A stretch of DNA of 63,711 nt, filler included, from Octopus bimaculoides (taxonomy: Eukaryota): assembly GCF_001194135.2 (NCBI RefSeq). It is 4 parts of 4 records of this genome, joined end to end, with 100 filler letters (N's around TTAATTAATTAA, not from the genome) between each part and the next. Parts side by side here need not be neighbours in the genome. Positions count along the whole stretch, not along the records: positions 42,364 to 59,369 come from NC_068982.1; positions 59,470 to 63,711 come from NC_068983.1; 2 more parts are not named here. One strand, 5' to 3'. Shown one piece after another: positions 55,247-63,711 of the stretch. Positions within the stretch are counted from its first letter, which is position 1. Each line of letters begins with the position of its first letter. Made by a program: the position numbers and the translations under genes. The notes under the pieces are model-generated. The model worked only from the letters and a program-made list of their open reading frames with translations. It made no database searches and was not told where the DNA came from.

Positions 55247-56989
55247 CGCGCGTGTGTGTATTTGTGTGTATAGGACTGATACGTGTATAAAAGTATATAG
55301 AATGCCTGAATATACATAATGCATAGGAAGTATATGTCCACCTTTATATTAAACCAGATTTATTATAATTTATTTGGCCAAGCTTTAAAGTTTATCTTGA
55401 AACAAACTGAAAATAGTGATATTCTTTAATTTAAGCAGCAGAAAAAATGTTGCTTCCATAATCCTGGTAAGAAATGAGGCTTGTGGAAAGCGCAAGATTT
55501 CTAAGAATGGATGTAAGTCACCGTTTTTGGTAACAGCGAGGACTTCCGTACATGTTTGATTTGTTTTAATTCACTTGGACCTCAATCAGCTTCTCTTGTG
55601 GGAAATGTCTGTCATTGCTTTTGTAGACCCGAGGCTATGGTGAAAACATTTAGGAAAAGCGCCACGGAACCCACTCTGGAGTCGATACAAGTTTCACAGT
55701 CTTTTCTCTGACGTCTCTCACACCCTATTTGTCTTTCCCAATCGTATACATTAATAAGGACAAGAAAGATGGGTTCATATGACAGCCCAACATTTCTTTC
55801 ATAATGACCGTGTGGACTTTTTAAAGAAAGTTTACTGACGTCAGGTTGATTTACCGATGAACAAAAATGAATATTACCGGTTTGTATCAGGTGTCTGGAG
55901 TCTCTGCTTCACTCCTAGAAGTGTTGACAAAATAAAGTACCAGTCAACTATCAAAAATGATATTAGCGATCATTTCTACTCCCGTTTCATATTAAAAAAA
56001 TATATATAAATGTTATTAATATGTGATCCATTATATACTCTGAGTTCGAAATATGAAAAGTCACAGTTCGATTTTATTCTTTACAGGTTGATAGAAAGAG
56101 TCAGGAATGTGTTGAGATCCAATTACACCTAAATTACCAAAGCATCTATGCCATTGCTGACTTGTGCTGATATGCAAAAGTAACACGGTTTGTATAGTTT
56201 GAATATAATTTATATATATTTAGTCTTTTGAAAAGAAAATCAATAAATATCCTTCAGCAAATAAACAAGGAATATAAATAAAATTCAATACCAACAAACG
56301 AGAACTGAAACAAGGCATTTATTTAGTAGTATTCAGAAATAAGTTATATTCTCAAAATGGATATCTTTTTATAGAAATGTATATTATTTAAACGGATGTG
56401 CTTGGATCTATTGAACGTGTGCTTTCACAGACATTTATTGAACTATTCGGATAAAACTATATAGCAGTTTTCTGAACAAGGTGTCACTATAAACGCATTG
56501 TACTGAGCCAATATGAAAGTTCCTGCCATGGTAGCTATCGCAGTAAAGTTTGTTGTAGTAGAACATCCACATTTAAGTGGGCATATATATTACTTCTCGG
56601 TATTAAAACTGCCTCTGTTGCTAATGTATATATTTCTAACAAGCTCACTGGCTAATCACCACACCAGTTCTGGCACTGTTAGTCTATATATCCTTGGCGG
56701 GAGGATAAATCGCTGCTATCTTTAGCGATGGAGCGTCCATTATCAACAAGACCAGGGAGGGTCGAAACCACGTGATGAGGTGGTTTCAGCGCTGGAGGGG
56801 TCAGGAATGTTTCTCCTGTCTGTCAAATCCATCTATCTACACAAACACACATACGCCTATGTATTTATGTATTTGTTTTAGAAGATTCTTAATGCTAAAT
56901 CGTATGTTGATAGTATTATATCTGGTGATGGTCATCTTTTACCAATTACACACACGCACTGTTTATTTCATCTTCACTTTATTATTATT

Positions 56990-57170
56990 AGAATTGCTAG
57001 CATACCGAGCAAAATGCTTAGCGTTCTCAGTTCAAATTCCTCCGATATTTACTTTCCTTTTTCATCCTTTCGGGGTTACTAACAGAAGTACCAACTGAGT
57101 ACAGGGATCGATGTAATCGACGTACCCCATCCCCGGAATTGTTAGCCTTGTGCTAAAATTTGAAATCAAC
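56990..57170 (+). mobile_element. Degenerate SINE
   Basis: aaatgcttagcg...ttcatcctttcggggt...gatcgatgtaatcgac...aaaatttgaaa. Confidence 0.75.
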
Positions 57171-57189
57171 ATCATCATCAGAATCATCA

Positions 57190-58362
57190 TTATATGAAAA
57201 CTCATAGCTTATTTTGCTGGGTATGTTGGAAAGCGTCACATGTCCTTAGTCAGCAGACTAAGGTGGAACTTCTTTACTGGATATACTTCAAGGACCCGGC
57301 GAAAAATGCTTGCAGTTCCAAGCAATGCACATTTTTTTAGGTGTTCTACCTTCACACTTGCACTAATCATATTCAGCCATGTCGGTAGTTGAGTGATGAT
57401 ATTTCCAAGTGCACCAATTACTATTCGTATCATGTCTACTCTCCTCATTGACCACAACCTTCGTATTTCCCACTTCAAATCGTCATAGTTGTATATTTTT
57501 TCTTCTGTCATATTAATCCTATTATCACCGAGGCATGCTATGTCGATTATCATACATGTTCTTCCTTTCTTATTCACCACAACAACGTCCGGTTTCCGAT
57601 GTCTGGTCGGGCGATCACACTGGATCATTCCATCCCACAGGACTTTACAATTCTCATTTTCGGTGACTCGTTCGGAAGTTTGCCCATATTCCGTCTTTCC
57701 TCTTTGTAGGCCGTGATTTCCACAGAGCTCCCAATGGATCATTCTTGACATACTGTCATCGCGTTGTGCCAATTTGCTAACGATGTGCCATACCGTTTCT
57801 CCCCTCTCACCGCACATCCTGCATATGTCGCGCTCGATAGTGTTGTCAATTCCGCACTTCGCATAATTGGTCCTTAACGCTTGCTCCTGAGCTACGCGTA
57901 TGAGTGCTTCTGTCTTTATCTTCAGGTCACTCATTCTCATCCATAGCCACCGGTCCTCTGTCTCTGTCTTGGCGCTCACATCCCCTGCAAACAGACCGTA
58001 CATTTTGTTTTCCTTCCATGCTTTTTCGATCTTTTTGTTCATTTCTTGTTTATTTTTATTTTTTAGTTGCACAATTGTCAGTGTTGATGACGCCGGCCTT
58101 CTTCGTATTTTTCCAACAGTGGCTCCACGGCATTTTTTTTATATACCACCCTAGGCTGTTTTCCTCTTTTTCGTTACTGTCCTGGCAACTGATCACACGT
58201 CTCCCACCCTTCCTTCTGGACAAGAACAGCCTATCGGTGTCACCCTTTGGAAAGTACTGTGTACTGTCGACAGTCTTCTGGTCTTAGTACCAATTTTCTT
58301 CATCTCTCTCTCTTGCCATTTTATGATTCCCGCTCCAGACCGAAGTGATGCAATAGCCCACG
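57190..58362 (-). pseudogene. 5'-truncated R4/Dong-like LINE (post-RT region, zinc knuckle, RLE)
   Basis: TWAIASLRSGAGIIKW, AQEQALRTNY, CRMCGERGETVWHIVS, KPDVVVVNKKGRTCMIIDIA and ALLGTASIFRRVL. The 5' junction lies in (AAT)n on the element strand. Confidence 0.92.
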
Positions 58363-58395
58363 TTATTATTATTATTAATGTTATTATTATTGTTG

Positions 58396-58456
<61 letters not shown>

Positions 58457-58568
58457 GGGATTCTTCTTCTTCTTCTTCTTCTTCTTCTTCTTCTTCTCCT
58501 TCTTCTTCTTCTTCTTCTTTTTCTTCTTCTTCTTCTTCTTCTTCTTTTTCTTCTTCTTCTTCTTCTTA

Positions 58569-58623
<55 letters not shown>

Positions 58624-58625
58624 CA
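58363..58625 (+). repeat. Compound (TTA)n-(TTC)n-(TTA)n microsatellite
   Basis: Seen directly. Confidence 0.95.
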
Positions 58626-58904
58626 TGAACGTCATTATTACTTTACTTGCCAGAATTTTTCGTCACGCATTCTGTGACTTTATCACCGACTTTTTGTATA
58701 TCGCGTCTCTTCTCTCTCGTCTTGTCCTGTCTATTTCAGTTTCTGATTCTGACAGAAATTCGCTGAAGAGGCCACACAATGTGCAACGAAACACTGGTTG
58801 TGAAGCTGTAGTGGTGGGGGCCAAACTGAGAACAAAGACACAAGCACACACGCGCATATATATGTATGTGTGTGTATGTATTTATACATACATACATATA
58901 TATA

Positions 58905-59369
58905 ATTGGCCCTTTTCGTCTATGCAGATGGTCAATAGAGCTTAGAGGTCACTTAATGGAACGTATCAAGAGCTCTTTTTCTTGAAGCTTCTTTCATGGC
59001 TGATTCTTCCTATGACTGAATCGCAGCTTCTGTCACAGTACTTGCACACCGAGAGGATGTCTCAGCGCTCTGCCTTTCTTTTGTTTTCCTTTCGCCGCTG
59101 ACGCTTCTCAACTTGTTTGTTTCTGTAGCTGCTCTCCAGTGAAGCAGGTCCTTCCTTCACCACAGTCCTCCATGTTGTTCTGCCCTTAGCCCTCATCTAC
59201 CTGACATTTGGACAAACTAGTTTTGCAAGTGTCCTTATACCTCAGTTTTGGTCTTCCTCTTGGTCTCTTGTCCTGAGCCAGTTCTCCATAGAGCAGTTGC
59301 TTCGGGATTCGATGGTGAACTATTCTCCTGACATGCCCCAGCTACCTCAGTCTGAGGTGGCTGGTATAT
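58905..59369 (-). pseudogene. RTE (BovB-like) LINE 3' end
   Basis: HLRLR*LGHVRR..HRIPKQLLYGELAQDKRPRGRPKLRYKDTCK, then the C-terminal finger CKYCDRSCDS.IGRISHE. Confidence 0.88.
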
Positions 59370-59469
59370 NNNNNNNNNNNNNNNNNNNNNNNNNNNNNNN
59401 NNNNNNNNNNNNNTTAATTAATTAANNNNNNNNNNNNNNNNNNNNNNNNNNNNNNNNNNNNNNNNNNNN
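59370..59469. other. Assembly linker N44-TTAATTAATTAA-N44
   Basis: Same construct as at 10706. Confidence 0.95.
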
Positions 59470-59527
59470 ACAAGAACGCAAAACATCCAGACAGTTAGAT
59501 GATACAAAAAATGAACAAGAAAAGTCA

Positions 59528-60240
59528 TGGACGGGTCATTCGGAGTTTTCTTTCGTCAGTCGAGTTTCAGATTGGCTTTGCAGTTTCGGCTGGTTATACT
59601 CGAGATTGCTCCAATCTGGCCACCCGCAACGAAAATCTAAGCTAAAAGTTCGTTTTCTATGCTTTTGTTTTTTATATTCTCGTTTCTCATTTTGTTCACG
59701 TTTTTTCGATGTCCTGTACCCGTACATGCATGTATATATAATAATACAAATAATATATGAGTATATGCATATATACGCACATGTATGTACATACCTACAT
59801 CTACATGTGTATATAAATGCATATCTGGGTACAGGACGTCACAAAAAACGTGGACAAAATGAAAAACAGAACATAAACAGAACACAGAAGACAAACAGGC
59901 CACATAGAGAATATTTCCTTCATCAGCTGCCCCTATTCTAGACTAAGCGTTTCGATGTATGTACATATGCATATATTTATATATTATTTATATTATTTTA
60001 TGATCGAACGCATCCATTTTCAAGTATATATATATGTACTTACATATGAGAGACCAAAAGGTACGTACGCCGCGTCCTTGTTTTCGTATACATTCGCTGC
60101 TTTCTTCCAAGAAATCTAGTGCCTTTAGCTTAGATTTTCCTTGGGACTGGCCAGATTGGAGCAGTCTCGATTATAACTAGCTGAAACAGTAAATCCAATC
60201 TGGAACTCGAATGATGAAAGAAAACACCGAATGACACGTC
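59528..60240. repeat. Nested inverted arrangement of short modular repeats
   Basis: 59535-59648 is the reverse complement of 60124-60240, and 59681-59721 is the reverse complement of 59827-59868. Confidence 0.8.
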
Positions 60241-60292
60241 CTTCTTTTTTCTTGTCCCTTTTTTTGTTTCTGCCAGCTCGCCGCCTTCAGTA

Positions 60293-60334
<42 letters not shown>

Positions 60335-60440
60335 TCGTTTTATTGGCCACAAGGGCTAATATCAATTAAAAACATGTAAGGACAAAGACAGGACGAAGGT
60401 TACAAAAGGTTTTATCCGAAAAGGTAGGAAAGTCTTTTCT

Positions 60441-60572
60441 ATTATAAGCACAAGGCATGAAATTTGTGGGGCGGGGAATAGCCGATTACAACGAGCCCAG
60501 TGTTTCACTGGTACTTAATATATCTACCTCGAAAGGATGAAAGCAAAGTCGACCTCGGCCGAATTTGAACTC
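60441..60572 (-). mobile_element. SINE 3' half
   Basis: aaaggatgaaagcaaagtcgacctcggccgaatttgaactc is the reverse of the SINE body. Confidence 0.75.
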
Positions 60573-61049
60573 AACAACAACAACAACAACAACAATAACA
60601 ATAATAATAATAATCACCTCCACCCATTCGTCTTGCATGATGTGGTGCTACTGATGTAAATGTCGATGGTAATAATAACAATAGTGACAGTAATTATTTG
60701 AAAATGTTTGAAAGGTAATGACGTTGATAAAACATAAGTCGAATTTAATTAACAATGCTTATGTCTCTTTCCTTTGTATTTTACCTGAAATGTTTTTATT
60801 TAGTATCGTATGTTTATCAAATTTGTTTTGGATTTGTGTGACAAAGGGGGTAGAAGAGGCGGTAATAAAATGGCTTTTTAAGAATGGATCTTCAAAACTA
60901 TGAAATTCGTCATGGAATTAAGTAAGCATTTAAACGTAATTGCGTAGATACACGTAGATATGTTGTAATATGTGAGGCATATAAATGTCAACGTGTATGT
61001 ATGTATGTATGTACGTATGTATGTATGTATCTATCTATCTATCTATCTA

Positions 61050-61648
61050 ACCCACCAAAACCCATACACCACATCCCAACTGTCACCAACCAGCACCAGC
61101 ACCAACACCACCAACAAAATCAACACACTCAGAAATAGACCCCAACACTTTTCCCCTCCCACCTGATTCTTCCGACATGTCGTCAGATGAAGACGACACA
61201 GAGGATTAGCAAGTGGCCACAAGAGAAAAGGCGAAAAAGCGGGCGTGTGGGAGGAAAAAAATAGAGAAGCTGACAAACAAAGCAGGGAGGTTTACCACTC
61301 CCGAAATCAAAACACCCGCAGAAAACAAAAGCATTAACACAAACACACAAACACGAAATGGCCCAACAATGCTGACAGCTATAAACACTAACAATCCAGA
61401 CCGAATAGAATACATTAGGTCAAACACCAACATAACAGAAAATGATACCAAAACAAATGATCACCCACGTACAACACCACCACAACACATTAAAATCATA
61501 CGCAACACAGAACACACACAGCACACTGAAATCTCTCTACCCGGATGCAGTAGGGAGATTTCAAAAATACCTGTCTAAAAAACTGTACGAAAACCTTTCG
61601 GGAGAAGACTGTGAGGTGATGGACAAACAACTTTCGGACAGAAAGTCA

Positions 61649-61650
<2 letters not shown>
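61050..61650 (+). pseudogene. A/C-rich decayed coding-like block, possibly a LINE ORF1 remnant
   Basis: Strand-biased composition and long partly open frames (PPDSSDMSSDEDD..., LYPDAVGRFQKYLSKKLY). No diagnostic motif recognised. Confidence 0.3.
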
Positions 61651-61694
<44 letters not shown>

Positions 61695-61794
61695 CTCTTT
61701 CGTCTTCCTTCGTGTGTAAAACACAACTTTCGATAGGAACATGCTCAAGATAGGTAGTATGAAGGTACGTGGCTTGTGGGTCGCCTTGGAAACA

Positions 61795-62092
61795 CGGCTA
61801 CCTGTTAAATGACATCAAGTCACAGAATGCACATATAGCTATCAGAGTGTGACAAGGCTGACCCTTTGAAATACAGGCACAACAGAAACAGGAAGTAAGA
61901 GTGAGAGAAAGTTGTAGTGGAAGAGTACAGCAGGGTTCGCCACCATCCCCTGCCGGAGCCTCGTGGAGCTTTAGGTGTTTCCGCTCAATAAACACTCACA
62001 CCGGTTTGGGAATCGAAACGGTCTGGGAATCGAAACCGCGATCCTATGACGGCGATTCCGCTGCCCTAACCACTGGGCCATTGCGCCTCCAC
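61795..62092 (-). mobile_element. tRNA-derived SINE (fourth family) with duplicated B box
   Basis: Head gtggaggcgcaatggcccagtggttaggg; 17-bp tandem duplication at 62002-62035. Confidence 0.8.
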
Positions 62093-63269
62093 TGATTGAT
62101 AGAATAAGTAAAGGATAAAAGATGAATGCTACATTAACCTGCTTTTCAAAAACAGAAAGAAAAAAAATGAAGCAAGGAATGCCTCGCCCTAAGTTGACCG
62201 GAAGCTCTTAATTTTAAGAGGTGTTTTCACTACTTACGAGAATGCTTAGCTTGACCAGCGAAGTAACCGCATTAAGAAGAAATTATTTATTTGTTGACCA
62301 TCGAAAACAGAAGACAATGTGTGTTGATTTTCCTGCTTAATATATAGATTAAACGACACACACTTATAATACTGAGACTGGACGCTCGAAATCTGCGCAT
62401 CTCCACTTATTTTCCTTGTTTACATCAGACACCTGCCGCCCCTTTTTCAATTGTCGTCTAAGTGGATCTGTTCAGTTCCTGTTTTTGCTTATAGGACAAA
62501 AAAAGAGATAATAATTATAATAAATTAGTGTTTCTTTTTATAGTTATATTTTTATAGTTATATTTTTATATATCTTTTATATTTTTAATGCTATTGTTTT
62601 TTTTTTAATCCACTTTATCTCTTATCTGTCTGCTGGACTGCTTGTCTATTGTCTACCAATTTCTCTCTCTCCCACCTCTCTCTTTATTTATCCATCTACT
62701 GATCTATCTATATCTGTATATGCAGGCATACCTCAACTTACATCGTTTCGTGTTAGATCTTTTTCGACTTTTGAAAAGTCAACTTCACCTACAGTCAGTT
62801 TATCCGACTCAAGGTCGTTCCCGGCCAACATATTTAAAAACATTAAGATTTTATTGTTATATTTCAGGGTGGTCATTTTTTCTTGCCAAATAAATACACG
62901 CACTATACATTCGTCCTTCATTTCAGATTTATTATTATTCTTATATCTTTTATCTTGAAATCTTTCGTCACAGATCATGTGACCTCTTCAACGACTCGCC
63001 ATCCCACGTATTTCCTCCTGTTCTGTTTAGTCCATGCTGTCTTTCTATGGTATGTATATCCTTATCTGCAATTTTAAACCACGCCCACCAAAAAAAAATC
63101 AATGCGGCAGCAGAAAATGAAATAAAATACACGTGAAAATATGTACAAACCATTTATAAAAACAGATGTAGAAATTAGAATTTTCTGTTATTTTTGTGTT
63201 CACGTTTTCGAATTAAATCACATTACTTGGAAACAATTTCCAGCAATGTAACCACACGTGGATCGCTGG

Positions 63270-63430
63270 CGATTCTTTTCCTCCGTCTTCCTTTTCTTTT
63301 GGACTTTCCTCTGTCTCCTGTTTCTGAAGAACAGCTTTGCTCAAAACATAGAACCACATTTCTTTCCTTCCAGAGCGTCTGCTAATACTTTGCATGTACC
63401 ACGTCCTCGCGTTGTTGTTGTTTTTTTCAT
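63270..63430 (+). mobile_element. Penelope-type terminal repeat remnant with a degenerate hammerhead (63320-63354)
   Basis: gttt ctgaaga a cagc-ttt-gct c aaaac ata gaac: stem I gttt/gaac and intact CUGAAGA, with GAAAC and GUA mutated. Confidence 0.55.
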
Positions 63431-63711
63431 GTGCTTGTGCTTGTTTTTTTTTTTTTCTTTTTTATTTACAATATATATATATAATCAATCAAGGGCATAC
63501 TAAGTATGTCTACCTGCTTGAAATAACAGTCAAAACTCGTAAGTACGTAAGTTGATTGTCTTAACCAATTTTGCCTTCGTTTGATTTCTGTAGTAATTAC
63601 CAGTGTATTTTTGGCGATTTAATAACGAGTTTTGACTGTTATTTCAAGCAGGTAAACATACTTAGTATGTCCTTTGATTGATTATAATCCCTCGGCTTTT
63701 TAAATGCCATT

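Noticed and set aside
56745-56800. gacc/ggtc-gaaac-cac...gtg-gtt as a hammerhead
   Set aside because: There is no recognisable CUGANGA or stem I upstream.
59338-59364. 13-bp inverted repeat at the contig edge
   Set aside because: It falls within RTE coding sequence (SHLRLR*LG), and there is no evidence of a separate function.

Overview
AT-rich eukaryotic, repeat-saturated DNA from a gapped draft assembly; the repeat families suggest an octopod cephalopod (inference). It is intronic or intergenic: I cannot support any host protein-coding gene, and almost all ORF-track entries are microsatellite or N-gap artefacts. Real coding content is transposon-derived and mostly decayed: R4/Dong-like RLE LINE fragments abutting (AAT)n tracts, a HERO-like RLE LINE with an uninterrupted ORF segment, three Penelope-like (RT plus GIY-YIG) fragments, CR1, RTE and L1/Tx1 3' ends, Tc1 and pogo/Tigger transposase relics, two Helentron-type non-autonomous copies, and many tRNA-headed SINEs. 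The most interesting signal is a set of small non-coding elements with hammerhead ribozyme (HHR) motifs. These include a head-to-head palindrome of a tRNA-headed, HHR-tailed SINE-like unit (17956-18657), direct-repeat-bounded retrozyme-like units with 340-445 bp periods (5843-6296, 11097-11760, 47490-47895), and other structured tandem units. All folds were read by eye, and most HHR copies carry core mutations.
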